From Dehalococcoidia bacterium (GTDB lineage Bacteria; Chloroflexota; Dehalococcoidia; Lucifugimonadales; G963665405): DNA of 32,000 nucleotides. The first letter of the stretch is position 1. Every line of letters starts with the position of its first letter. The notes beneath the pieces are model-generated. The model did not search any database. It saw only the letters and a list, made by a program, of their open reading frames with translations, and was not told where the DNA came from. Shown here piece by piece: positions 9,047 to 17,669 of this stretch. The position numbers were made by a program, and so were the translations under genes. The DNA lies in NCBI GenBank assembly GCA_963665405.2, contig OY762261.2, positions 1,241,944 to 1,273,943 on the forward strand, given 5' to 3'.

Positions 9047-10768
9047 ATGCGCTCTCTTAGACTGGCGCTGGCCCAGATCGACGTCACCGTCGGCGACCTG
9101 GACGGCAATGCCCAAAAGATACTCGAATACCTGGACAGAGCGCGCTCGCTCCGCGCCGATCTCGTAGCCTTCCCGGAGCTGGCGGTTACTGGGTATCCCC
9201 CGGAGGATCTGGTCTTCAGGCCTCAGTTCGTCGAGGAGAACCGGGCCACTATGCGGCAGATCGCCCAGGCTACCAGGGACATTGCCGCGGTCTTCGGATT
9301 CGTCGATGCCGACCCCGAAATCCGCAACGCCGCCGCGGTAGCCTTCGACGGGAACCTGGTCGACGTCTACCACAAGATCCATCTTCCCAACTACGGCGTC
9401 TTCGACGAAGATCGTTACTTCAAGCCGGGCGGGAAGTGCCCTGTATATGTCGTGGGCGGCACCTCCGTGGGGGTCAACATCTGCGAGGACATCTGGCAGG
9501 AGACCGGCCCGTCGACCGTACAGGCGGCCGTGGGCGCGGAGGTGATCCTGAACATCAACGGCTCGCCCTTCCACATCGGCAAGCGTGATTCGCGCGAAGA
9601 CATGCTGTCCGCTCGGGCGGCCGAGAGCCAGGTGTTCGTCGCCTATTTGAACCTGGTGGGCGGCCAGGACGAGCTGGTCTTCGACGGTGGGAGCATGGTA
9701 TTCGACCCGACGGGGCGGAAGATCGCCCAGGCGGCCCAGTTCGAGGAGGACCTTCTGGTCGTCGACCTCGAGGTCGAGGAGGCCCTTCGCTCGAGGCCAC
9801 CCAGGAAGAGGGTGGCGACCGCGGAGAGCCAGGGCGCGCCGATCTTTCACGTCTCGGGCCGTGCGAACGCCTCGCCGTCGTCCCCCCTCACCCGGTCTGA
9901 GCCGTGCCTGCGTGACGAGCTCGGCGAGGTCTACGCCGCCCTGGTGACCGGGACCCGCGACTACGTGCGGAAGTGTCGGTTCGAGCGTGTTCTTGTCGCA
10001 CTGTCCGGCGGACTCGACTCCAGCCTGGTGGCCGTCGTCGCCGTCGATGCCCTGGGGAGCGAAAACGTCGTCGGCGTGGCGATGCCGTCGCGGTACTCGT
10101 CCGAGGGCAGCCTCCTGGACGCCAGGGCTCTGGCTGATAACCTGGGAATCGAGCTGCGGACCATCCCGATCGAGGGCCCGTACTCGGCCTTTCTGGAGGC
10201 TCTGTCGCCTCAGTTCCAGTCGGCGGAGCCGGACGCCACCGAAGAGAACCTTCAGGCGCGTGTTCGGGGAGACCTGATCATGGCCGTATCGAACAAGCTC
10301 GGCTGGATGGTCCTGACGACCGGCAACAAGAGCGAGATGGCCACGGGCTACGCGACACTGTACGGCGACATGTCGGGCGGGTTCGCCGTGATCAAGGACG
10401 TGCCAAAGACCATGGCCTACGCGCTGGCCGAGCATCGCAACGCGGTCGGCCCGAAGCCTGTGATACCCCGGAGCGTCATCGAGAAGCCGCCGAGCGCCGA
10501 GCTGCGTCCCGACCAGAAGGACGTGGACTCCCTGCCGCCGTACGATATCCTGGACCCGATACTAAAGGCGTACGTCGAGGAGGACCGGGGCTTCGACGAA
10601 ATCCTCGCGATGGGGTTCGACGAGGCAACCGTGAGACGAGTCATCGCTCTGGTGGACAGCAACGAGTACAAGCGCAGGCAGGCGCCGCCTGGGATAAAGA
10701 TCACCGAACGCAACTTCGGGCGCGACCGGCGCATGCCGATCGCCAACCGCTACCGGCCGTTCCGGTAG
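9047..10768 (+). CDS. nadE: Glutamine-dependent NAD+ synthetase
   Basis: An N-terminal CN-hydrolase (nitrilase) domain (FPELAVTGYPPEDL, ICED) plus a C-terminal PP-loop synthetase domain (ALSGGLDSS). Confidence 0.9.
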   Translation: MRSLRLALAQIDVTVGDLDGNAQKILEYLDRARSLRADLVAFPELAVTGYPPEDLVFRPQFVEENRATMRQIAQATRDIAAVFGFVDADPEIRNAAAVAFDGNLVDVYHKIHLPNYGVFDEDRYFKPGGKCPVYVVGGTSVGVNICEDIWQETGPSTVQAAVGAEVILNINGSPFHIGKRDSREDMLSARAAESQVFVAYLNLVGGQDELVFDGGSMVFDPTGRKIAQAAQFEEDLLVVDLEVEEALRSRPPRKRVATAESQGAPIFHVSGRANASPSSPLTRSEPCLRDELGEVYAALVTGTRDYVRKCRFERVLVALSGGLDSSLVAVVAVDALGSENVVGVAMPSRYSSEGSLLDARALADNLGIELRTIPIEGPYSAFLEALSPQFQSAEPDATEENLQARVRGDLIMAVSNKLGWMVLTTGNKSEMATGYATLYGDMSGGFAVIKDVPKTMAYALAEHRNAVGPKPVIPRSVIEKPPSAELRPDQKDVDSLPPYDILDPILKAYVEEDRGFDEILAMGFDEATVRRVIALVDSNEYKRRQAPPGIKITERNFGRDRRMPIANRYRPFR

Positions 10769-10822
10769 AGAGCTCCGGAAGCGCCTAGGGGTGCACGGCC
10801 GTGCGCCCGCTGGAGGGACCTG

Positions 10823-11725
10823 ATGAAGATCGGCGTGGTCTTTCCGCAGACCGAAATCGGGACAGACCCGATCGCCGTCCGGGACTACGCTCAAGCCGCC
10901 GAGTCGCTGGGCTACGACCACCTGGCGGTCTTCGACCACGTCATCGGGGCCAACGCGGAGAGCCGTCCGGGCTGGACAGGCCCGTACAGCCACGTGAGCA
11001 TGTTCTTCGAGCCGTTCGTCCTGTTCGGCTACCTCGCCGGCCTAACCGAGAGTATCGAGCTGGTCACCAGCATCCTCATACTCCCGCAGCGGCAGACCGT
11101 ACTGGCGGCCAAGCAGGCCGCTACCGCCGACCTGCTGTGCGATGGCCGGCTGCGGCTCGGAATGGGAGTCGGCTGGAACCCGGTCGAGTTCGAGGCACTC
11201 GGCGAAGATTTCTCAGACCGCGGAGCGCGGTGCGTCGAGCAGATCGAGCTTCTGAGGGCGCTCTGGACGCAGGAGCTGGTTACCTTCGAAGGACGGTGGC
11301 ACAAGGTGACCGACGCGGGCCTCAATCCGCTGCCGGTTCAGCGTCCGATACCGATCTGGATCGGCGGCGGCGCGGACGCCGTTCTTCGGCGGGTCGCGCG
11401 GCTGGCGGACGGCTGGTTCGCCAACACCAGCGTTCGAGCGCCCCACGTCACCGGGATTCCGCCGCTGTTCCCCGACGATCAGGGCCGGGCCACCATTGCG
11501 AGGCTGCACGGTTACGTTCGAGATGCCGGCCGCGATCCGGCGAAGCTCGGGATCGAGTGCCGCATCGAGGTGATGGACCGGACCCCCGAGGAGGCCGCCG
11601 AGGATGTGGCGATGTGGGCGGACTTCGGCGCCACACACGTCCAGCTCGGCACCATGCGGGCCGGTCTCAAGTCGCCGGACCAGCACATCGACGCCGTCCG
11701 CCGGTTCAAGGAGGCGCTTTCTTGA
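10823..11725 (+). CDS. Luciferase-like monooxygenase family, probable F420-dependent oxidoreductase (paralog 1)
   Basis: MKIGVVFPQTEIGTDP..VRDYAQAAESLGYDHL.VFDHV is the pattern of the Rv2161c-type LLM family as I recall it. An SD (ggaggga) lies upstream. Confidence 0.8.
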   Translation: MKIGVVFPQTEIGTDPIAVRDYAQAAESLGYDHLAVFDHVIGANAESRPGWTGPYSHVSMFFEPFVLFGYLAGLTESIELVTSILILPQRQTVLAAKQAATADLLCDGRLRLGMGVGWNPVEFEALGEDFSDRGARCVEQIELLRALWTQELVTFEGRWHKVTDAGLNPLPVQRPIPIWIGGGADAVLRRVARLADGWFANTSVRAPHVTGIPPLFPDDQGRATIARLHGYVRDAGRDPAKLGIECRIEVMDRTPEEAAEDVAMWADFGATHVQLGTMRAGLKSPDQHIDAVRRFKEALS

Positions 11726-11774
11726 GCCGGGCCGGGGCCGGCGGATCCCTCCAGGCGCGAAGGAGAGAACGTCA

Positions 11775-12650
11775 GTGAGAATCGGAGTCGTCTTCCCACA
11801 GACCGAGATAACCGCCGACCCGGCCGCCGTTCGCGATTTCGCGCAGGCCGCGGAGGGCCTTGGGTTCGACCATCTGCTCGTCTACGACCATGTGCTGGGG
11901 GCGAAACCCTCCAAGGACCGGCAGAGCGGGGTGTACACTCACAACGACATGTTCCACGAGGTCTTCGTGATGCTGGGATTCATCGCCGGATTCACCAGCC
12001 GCATCGAGCTGGCGACCGGCATCCTGGTCCTCCCCCAACGACAGACGGCGTTGGCCGCGAAGCAGGCCGCGGAGGTGGACGTGCTGAGCGGCGGCCGGAT
12101 GAGACTGGGGATAGGCGTTGGCTGGAACCCCGTCGAGTTCGGAGCCCTCGGCGAGGATTTCTCTGATCGTGGGGCGCGGTGCGCCGAGCAGATCGAGCTT
12201 CTGAGGGCGCTCTGGACTCAGGAGCTGGTGACTTTCGAAGGACGGTGGCACAAGGTGACCGACGCGGGCCTTAACCCGCTGCCGGTTCAGCGCCCGATAC
12301 CCATCTGGATCGGCGGCGGAGCCGAGCAGACCCTGAGCAGGATTGGACGCCTCGGCGACGGCTGGATATACCCCGGATACGCACCCCGGCCCGACGACGA
12401 GGCTCGACGGAAGCTCGACACCATCGGCAAGCACGCCGACGAGGCCGGCCGGGACCGGGGTCAGATAGGCCTCGAAAAAGTCTTCGGCCTGGCCGAAGGG
12501 CCGCTCGACGAGCTGGCCGGCAACATGGACGCCTGGAAGCAGGTAGGAGCGACTCACGTATCGGTGAGCACCATGGGGGCGGGCCTCCGCTCGCCGGACG
12601 AGCACATCGAGGCGATCCGGCGAATCAAGGGCGCCGTCCAAGGGGTCTGA
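11775..12650 (+). CDS. Luciferase-like monooxygenase family, probable F420-dependent oxidoreductase (paralog 2)
   Basis: The GTG start at 11775 (VRIGVVFPQTEITADP...) is preceded by an aaggagag SD. The gene is collinear with paralog 1. The ORF-track N-terminal extension from 11604 overlaps paralog 1 and is rejected. Confidence 0.8.
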   Translation: MRIGVVFPQTEITADPAAVRDFAQAAEGLGFDHLLVYDHVLGAKPSKDRQSGVYTHNDMFHEVFVMLGFIAGFTSRIELATGILVLPQRQTALAAKQAAEVDVLSGGRMRLGIGVGWNPVEFGALGEDFSDRGARCAEQIELLRALWTQELVTFEGRWHKVTDAGLNPLPVQRPIPIWIGGGAEQTLSRIGRLGDGWIYPGYAPRPDDEARRKLDTIGKHADEAGRDRGQIGLEKVFGLAEGPLDELAGNMDAWKQVGATHVSVSTMGAGLRSPDEHIEAIRRIKGAVQGV

Positions 12651-12709
12651 GCCCTCGGAGCGTCCCGCGAACCTGCCCAAGAGCCGAACGTCCAAGAACA
12701 GGACGAGCC

Positions 12710-13810
12710 ATGGAAGAGCAAGGAAAACTGAGACGAACTCCGCTCTACGACGCCCACGTTGCCCTGGGCGGGCGGATGGTGCCCTTCGGTGGCTGGGAGA
12801 TGCCCGTCCAGTACAAGAGCATCCTGGACGAGGCCAGGGCCGTTCGCAAGCGGGCCGGCATTTTCGACGTGTCCCACATGGGACGCGTCGCCGTGGAGGG
12901 ACCGGGCTCCGCCCCCTTCCTCGACTCGGTGTTCAGCGTCGCAGTCTCGACCCTGAAGATCGGCCGGGCCCGCTACGGCGCGATCTGCAACGAGGACGGA
13001 GGCATCATCGACGACGCTATCGTCCTCCGCCGAGCGGAGAACCGCTTCCTCCTGGTCCCCAACGCCTCCAACACCCCGCCGGTGCTGGAGTGGCTCCGGA
13101 AGTGGGAGCCCGGTCCGCAGCGGGTCACCATCCAGGACCTCACCGACGAGTACGCGATGGTCGCCCATCAGGGTCCGGAGTCCTTCGCGATGGTCGGCGA
13201 CCTCGTCCCGGTGGACCTCGCCGCCGTCAGACGCTTCGCCGCGGTCGAGACCGAGCTCGCTGGCCTCCCCGTGACACTGTCCCGGACCGGCTACACGGGA
13301 GAGGACGGGTTCGAGGCGATAACGCCGCGTGAGCACGTCGAAACGCTCTGGAACCTGTTCGTCGCCATGGGGGCCGAGCCCTGTGGCCTCGGTTCGAGGG
13401 ACGTGCTGCGACTGGAGGCCGGGCTGCTCCTGCACGGGAACGACATCGACACCTCCACGAACCCGTACGAGGCGGGGATGGACCGGTTCGTCGATCCGGA
13501 CCGGGAGGGCCTCGTACCCGGCGACGCCCTCCGCCGCATCCGGGATGAGGGACCCTCCCGGCGGCTGGTCGGGTTCAGCATGGTGGGCAGGGGCGTCCCA
13601 CGCCACGGCCAGCCGATCGTAGACGGCGCCGAGTCCATCGGCGTCGTGACCAGCGGTGGGTACTCGCCCACCCTTGACAGGAATATAGGTTTGGGCTATG
13701 TTCCAAACGGCTATACGGCGCCCGGCAGCCGGTTCCACGTGGATATCCGGGGCCGGATGGTCGAGGCCCAGGTCACCGCGCTAGCCTTCTATTCCCGGAG
13801 CACCGCCTAG
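12710..13810 (+). CDS. gcvT: Glycine cleavage system aminomethyltransferase T
   Basis: RTPLYDAHVALGGRMVPFGGWEMPVQY, FDVSHMG, and TGYTGEDGFE are GcvT hallmarks. Confidence 0.92.
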   Translation: MEEQGKLRRTPLYDAHVALGGRMVPFGGWEMPVQYKSILDEARAVRKRAGIFDVSHMGRVAVEGPGSAPFLDSVFSVAVSTLKIGRARYGAICNEDGGIIDDAIVLRRAENRFLLVPNASNTPPVLEWLRKWEPGPQRVTIQDLTDEYAMVAHQGPESFAMVGDLVPVDLAAVRRFAAVETELAGLPVTLSRTGYTGEDGFEAITPREHVETLWNLFVAMGAEPCGLGSRDVLRLEAGLLLHGNDIDTSTNPYEAGMDRFVDPDREGLVPGDALRRIRDEGPSRRLVGFSMVGRGVPRHGQPIVDGAESIGVVTSGGYSPTLDRNIGLGYVPNGYTAPGSRFHVDIRGRMVEAQVTALAFYSRSTA

Positions 13811-14199
13811 TGAATCCGCCAGACCTCAGATACTCCGAAGAGCACGAGTGGCTTCGTACTGAAGAGGACGGCATCGGGGTGATCGGCATCACCGAGTTCG
13901 CCGCCGAGAACCTGGGCGACGTCGTGTTCCTCGAGCTGCCTGAAGCGAACACGAAGCTCACTCAGTTCCAGAAGCTGGGCGAGATCGAGTCGGTCAAGGC
14001 CGTGTCAGATCTCTACGCGCCGGTAGGCGGCTCGGTGGTGGAGAGGAACGAGCTGGCGGTAGACAATCCGCAGCTCGTCAACGACGGGCCATACGATTCC
14101 GGCTGGCTCCTGAAGCTCGCGTTGTCGGACCGCGCAGAGATCGACAAGCTGATGACCGCCGAGCAGTACGACGCGTTCCTCGCGTCGCAGCCTCAGTGA
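13810..14199 (+). CDS. gcvH: Glycine cleavage system H protein
   Basis: YSEEHEWL and the lipoyl-lysine motif ESVKAVSDLYAP. The GTG start shares one base with the gcvT TAG stop. Confidence 0.9.
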   Translation: MNPPDLRYSEEHEWLRTEEDGIGVIGITEFAAENLGDVVFLELPEANTKLTQFQKLGEIESVKAVSDLYAPVGGSVVERNELAVDNPQLVNDGPYDSGWLLKLALSDRAEIDKLMTAEQYDAFLASQPQ

Positions 14200-14205
14200 T
14201 CCCGA

Positions 14206-15540
14206 TTGACGGAGAGCTCCGGGTTCACGTCCCCGTACACCCCCAACACGGACTCCGACCGCCGCGCCATGCTCGATGCCGTCGGCGCGGCCTCCGCTGA
14301 AGACCTGTTCCAGGACATTCCTCGAGAGCATCGCAACCCTACCCTAGGTCTGCCACCTCCGCTCGCCGAGCTGGAGCTGATGCGCGAGGCCGGGGAGATG
14401 GCTCGGATGAACGTCGTCCCCGGGGAGTACGCGTGCTTTCTTGGAGCGGGCTCGTACCGCCAGTTCGTCCCCGCCATCGTTCGGCAGATAGCGAGCCGCA
14501 GCGAGTTCATGACGGCGTACACCCCGTACCAGCCGGAGGTCTCCCAGGGCACCCTCCAGGCCGAGTACGAGTTCCAGTCGCTCGTGTGCCAGCTCACCGG
14601 GATGGAGGTGGCGAACGCCGGTATGTACGACGGCTCCTCGGCGATGGCCGAGGCCGTCCTGATGGCGGCCCGCATCACGAACGCGGACCGCATCGCGGTC
14701 CTCGACTCCGTCTCGCCCTTCTACCGCGACGTACTGGAAACCTACGTCCAGGCTCCCGGCCTGAAGATCGACCCGATCTCGGCCGGCCGGACCGATCTGG
14801 CAGACGGAACCGCCTGTCTCGTCGTCCAGCAGCCCAACTTCTACGGGTACATCGAGGACCTTGCAGGTCTGTCGGAGCTCGCCCACGCAACCGGTGCGCT
14901 TCTGATCGTCTCCGTCGATCCCATCTCGCTCGGAATGTTCCGGCCGCCGGTGGACTTCGGCGCGGACATCGTCGTGGGCGAGGGACAGCCCCTCGGTGTT
15001 GCTCCGACGTTCGGCGGGCCCTACGTCGGGCTGTTCGCGTGCAGGCAGCAGTATGTTCGGCAGATGCCGGGCCGAGTCGTGGGCAAGACCGTCGACACCC
15101 GTGGCAGGACGGGCTACACGCTGACCCTGCAGACGCGAGAGCAGCACATCAGGCGAGAACGCGCCACGTCCAACATATGCACCTCCGTGGGGCTCATCGC
15201 CCTAATGTCTACCGTCTATCTGGCGGCCCAGGGCAGGCGGGGCCTGGAGCACATCGCCCGGCTGTGCTATCACAAGGCCCACTACGCGGCCTCGCTCATA
15301 GCGCAGATTCCGGGGTACTCCGTGCCCGCCGAGGGCACCTTCTTCCGCGAGTTCGTCGTCGAGTGTCCTCTGCCGCCGGCCGAGATTAACGAGAGGCTGC
15401 TCGGCTACTCGATCCTCGGCGGTCTGGACGTGAGCGCGACGATTCCGAACGGCATGCTGGTCTGCGTGACCGAGATGAACCCGCGGGAGGAGATAGAGCG
15501 CCTGGCGAACGCGCTGGCCGAGATAGGGGCTGAAGGTTGA
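14206..15540 (+). CDS. gcvPA: Glycine dehydrogenase (decarboxylating) subunit 1
   Basis: FLGAGSYRQFVPA, YTPYQPEVSQG.LQ and EGQPLG are typical GcvPA motifs. The start is TTG. Confidence 0.9.
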   Translation: MTESSGFTSPYTPNTDSDRRAMLDAVGAASAEDLFQDIPREHRNPTLGLPPPLAELELMREAGEMARMNVVPGEYACFLGAGSYRQFVPAIVRQIASRSEFMTAYTPYQPEVSQGTLQAEYEFQSLVCQLTGMEVANAGMYDGSSAMAEAVLMAARITNADRIAVLDSVSPFYRDVLETYVQAPGLKIDPISAGRTDLADGTACLVVQQPNFYGYIEDLAGLSELAHATGALLIVSVDPISLGMFRPPVDFGADIVVGEGQPLGVAPTFGGPYVGLFACRQQYVRQMPGRVVGKTVDTRGRTGYTLTLQTREQHIRRERATSNICTSVGLIALMSTVYLAAQGRRGLEHIARLCYHKAHYAASLIAQIPGYSVPAEGTFFREFVVECPLPPAEINERLLGYSILGGLDVSATIPNGMLVCVTEMNPREEIERLANALAEIGAEG

Positions 15541-17021
15541 CATCCCCGAAGCTGGAGATCGACGTCTTCCGGAGACGCCTGCTGATGGACCGCAGCGTGC
15601 CGGGCCGGCTGGGCACCACCCTGCCGCCGCTGGACGTTCCCGAGCAGAAGCTGCCCGAGGCGGCGCTTCTGCGCGAGGACCTCGACCTGCCGGAGGTGAG
15701 CGAGAACGAGATAGTCCGGTACTTCGCTCAGATCAGCCAGTTCAACTTCTCCATCGACCACAACTTCTACCCGCTCGGCAGCTGCACGATGAAGTACAAC
15801 CCAAAGCTGAACGACGAGATCGCCGGCCTCGCCGGCCTGGCCGAGATACATCCTCACCAGCCGGAGTCGACGGTCCAGGGCGCCCTCAAGCTCCTGTACG
15901 ATCTTCAAGGGTACATGGCCGAGATGACCGGGATGGTGGGGTGCTCGTTGACTCCGATGGCGGGCGCGCAGGGCGAGCTCGCCGGCATGCTGATGGCCAG
16001 GGCCTACCACCTGAAGCGGGGCGACCGCGATCGGAAGAAGGTGCTAGTGCCGGACAGCGCCCACGGGACGAACCCCGCCTCGGCCGTGATGGCCGGATTC
16101 GACGTCGTGGCGCTGCCCACCGACTCCGACGGCAACACCGACCTGGACGCCCTGCGATTCTCCGTCGGCGACGACCTGGCGGCCCTCATGACCACCCAGC
16201 CGAGCACGCTCGGGCTGTTCGACACGAACATCCTGGAGGTGGTTCGGATCGTCAGGGAGGCCGGTGGGATCGTCTACGGCGACGGGGCCAACCTGAACGC
16301 GCTGCTCGGCCGCGTCAAGCTCGGCGACATCGGGTTCGACGTCGTCCACTCCAATCTGCACAAGACCTTTACTCAGCCCCACGGCGGCGGCGGGCCTGGC
16401 GCGGGTCCCGTCATGGTCGGCCCCAAGCTCCTGCCGTTCCTTCCGGCGCCCGTGGTCGAGCGTGCCGTTGCAGACGACGGCCAGGAGCGGTACACACTGG
16501 GGAGGCCCCCAGACTCGATCGGCAAGATGGGGGCCTTCCACGGCAACTTCGGGGCGCTGGTCCGCGCATATGCCTACATCCGCACGCTGGGAGCCGAGGG
16601 GATCGCTCGAATCAGCGAGGATGCGGTCATCAATGCCAACTACGTGCGCAGCCAGCTCAAGGGCCACTACGACCTGCCCTACGACCGGACCTGCATGCAC
16701 GAGGTCGTCTTCTCGGCCAGGACCCTGAAGAGAGAGTACGGAGTCGCCGCACTGGACGTCTGCAAGCGACTCATCGACTACGGCATACATCCGCCGACGA
16801 TGTACTTTCCGCTAATCGTCGACGAGGCGCTCATGATCGAGCCGACCGAGACCGAGTCCAAGGAGATACTGGACTACTTCATCCAGGTCATGAAGGACAT
16901 CGCCCAGGAGGCGAAGGACGACCCGGACCTGCTCCACGACGCTCCCCACGACACACCCAACACCCGTCTGGACGAGGCGCGGGCGGCTCGTCAACCCGAC
17001 CTGCGCTGGCGCCGCTCTTAG
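15537..17021 (+). CDS. gcvPB: Glycine dehydrogenase (decarboxylating) subunit 2
   Basis: YPLGSCTMKYNP and HSNLHKTF..PHGGGGPG (PLP-lysine region). The TTG start overlaps the gcvPA TGA (TTGA). Confidence 0.9.
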   Translation: MTSPKLEIDVFRRRLLMDRSVPGRLGTTLPPLDVPEQKLPEAALLREDLDLPEVSENEIVRYFAQISQFNFSIDHNFYPLGSCTMKYNPKLNDEIAGLAGLAEIHPHQPESTVQGALKLLYDLQGYMAEMTGMVGCSLTPMAGAQGELAGMLMARAYHLKRGDRDRKKVLVPDSAHGTNPASAVMAGFDVVALPTDSDGNTDLDALRFSVGDDLAALMTTQPSTLGLFDTNILEVVRIVREAGGIVYGDGANLNALLGRVKLGDIGFDVVHSNLHKTFTQPHGGGGPGAGPVMVGPKLLPFLPAPVVERAVADDGQERYTLGRPPDSIGKMGAFHGNFGALVRAYAYIRTLGAEGIARISEDAVINANYVRSQLKGHYDLPYDRTCMHEVVFSARTLKREYGVAALDVCKRLIDYGIHPPTMYFPLIVDEALMIEPTETESKEILDYFIQVMKDIAQEAKDDPDLLHDAPHDTPNTRLDEARAARQPDLRWRRS

Positions 17022-17060
17022 AGGAGAGGGCGGTCTCTTCCAGCTCCTGGCGGGTAGCTG

Positions 17061-17120
17061 AAATCTGAAGGATACCGTCAGACTCCCGGCAATCCCGGCT
17101 CGTCGGGATCTGCATACCCC
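17061..17120 (+). repeat. Composite hairpin repeat, copy C (degenerate H2, H3 type 1)
   Basis: aaatctgaaggataccgtcagactcccggcaATCCCGgctcgtCGGGATctgcatacccc. Confidence 0.8.
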
Positions 17121-17168
17121 GTCTTTCGTCGCTGCAGGAAGCTGCCCGCCACCGCCGGCCCCATCCCC

Positions 17169-17177
17169 TGCTATAAT
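17169..17177 (+). promoter_or_regulatory. Candidate extended -10 promoter element (TGcTATAAT) for the peroxiredoxin-trmI unit
   Basis: A perfect TGnTATAAT lies 31 nt upstream of ATG 17208, in otherwise GC-rich DNA, with an SD (ggaggt) at 17197. I see no convincing -35. Confidence 0.4.
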
Positions 17178-17207
17178 GACGGCCGACTATTCTCCCGGAG
17201 GTAGCAA

Positions 17208-17669
17208 ATGATCACCGCAGGGCAGCCCGCACCCGACTTCGAGCTGAAGGACCAGGGTCAGCAGATCGTCAGCATGAGCCAGTTCAAGGGCAACAAGAAC
17301 GTGATCCTGTCGGCCCACAAGTTCTCGTTCACCGGCGGCTGAACGGACCAGGTCGCCTCGTTCCGCCAGCACAACAAGGCGTTCGAGGAGAAAGATACCC
17401 AGGTTCTGGGTATAAGCACAGACTCTTGGGCGACCCACAAGGCCTACTCTGCCTCTTTGGGAGGCATCCCGTACCCGATCCTGTCCGACTACCATCCCCA
17501 CGGCGATGTGGCCAAGAAGTACGGGCTCTTCGACGATTCCAGCGGGACGTTCTCGCGAGCGATCATCATCGTCGACAAGCAGGGCGTCGTGCGGTTCGCC
17601 CGGACCTACGCGTCCGCCGCCGATCTCCAGGTCCCCGACATCCTGGCAGAGGTGGACAAGCTAGCCTAG
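17208..17669 (+). CDS. Peroxiredoxin (AhpC/TSA/Bcp-like) with in-frame UGA at 17340..17342; candidate selenocysteine protein
   Basis: My translation from ATG 17208 (SD ggaggt 5 nt upstream) is MITAGQPAPDFELKDQGQQIVSMSQFKGNKNVILSAHKFSFTGG*TDQVASFRQHNKAFEEKDTQVLGISTDSWATHKAY...RAIIIVDKQGVVR...KLA. The TGA sits exactly at the TxxC peroxidatic-Cys position. The frame stays open for 109 further codons with conserved Prx motifs. There is no Cys anywhere else in the protein. Confidence 0.6.
17357..17387 (+). promoter_or_regulatory. Candidate bacterial SECIS-like stem-loop downstream of UGA
   Basis: CTCG-tt-cCGCC-agcacaacaa-GGCG-tt-CGAG: 4+4 bp with an internal loop and a 10-nt apical loop with G at position 2. 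The apical loop starts 25 nt after the UGA. An alternative hairpin at 17337..17367 encloses the UGA itself. Confidence 0.3.

Noticed and set aside
8999-10435. Long antisense ORFs: 478 aa opposite nadE, 24212..25489 opposite atpD, 30577..31617 opposite atpB, 12554..13738 opposite gcvT, 5578..6588 opposite ispH, and 14344..15147 opposite gcvPA.
   Set aside because: They have Arg/Gly/Pro/Asp-rich low-complexity translations with no recognisable motifs. Each lies opposite a gene with unmistakable family signatures. This is the expected stop-codon-poor antisense frame of high-GC DNA.
10793-10804. The perfect 12-nt palindrome gcacggccgtgc between nadE and the first LLM gene as a regulatory site or terminator.
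   Set aside because: It has no loop and no T-tract, occurs only once, and a short GC palindrome is expected in high-GC DNA.
12651-12709. Glycine riboswitch upstream of gcvT.
   Set aside because: Only 59 nt separate the preceding gene from gcvT. That is too short for a single or tandem glycine aptamer, and I see none of the conserved aptamer core strings.
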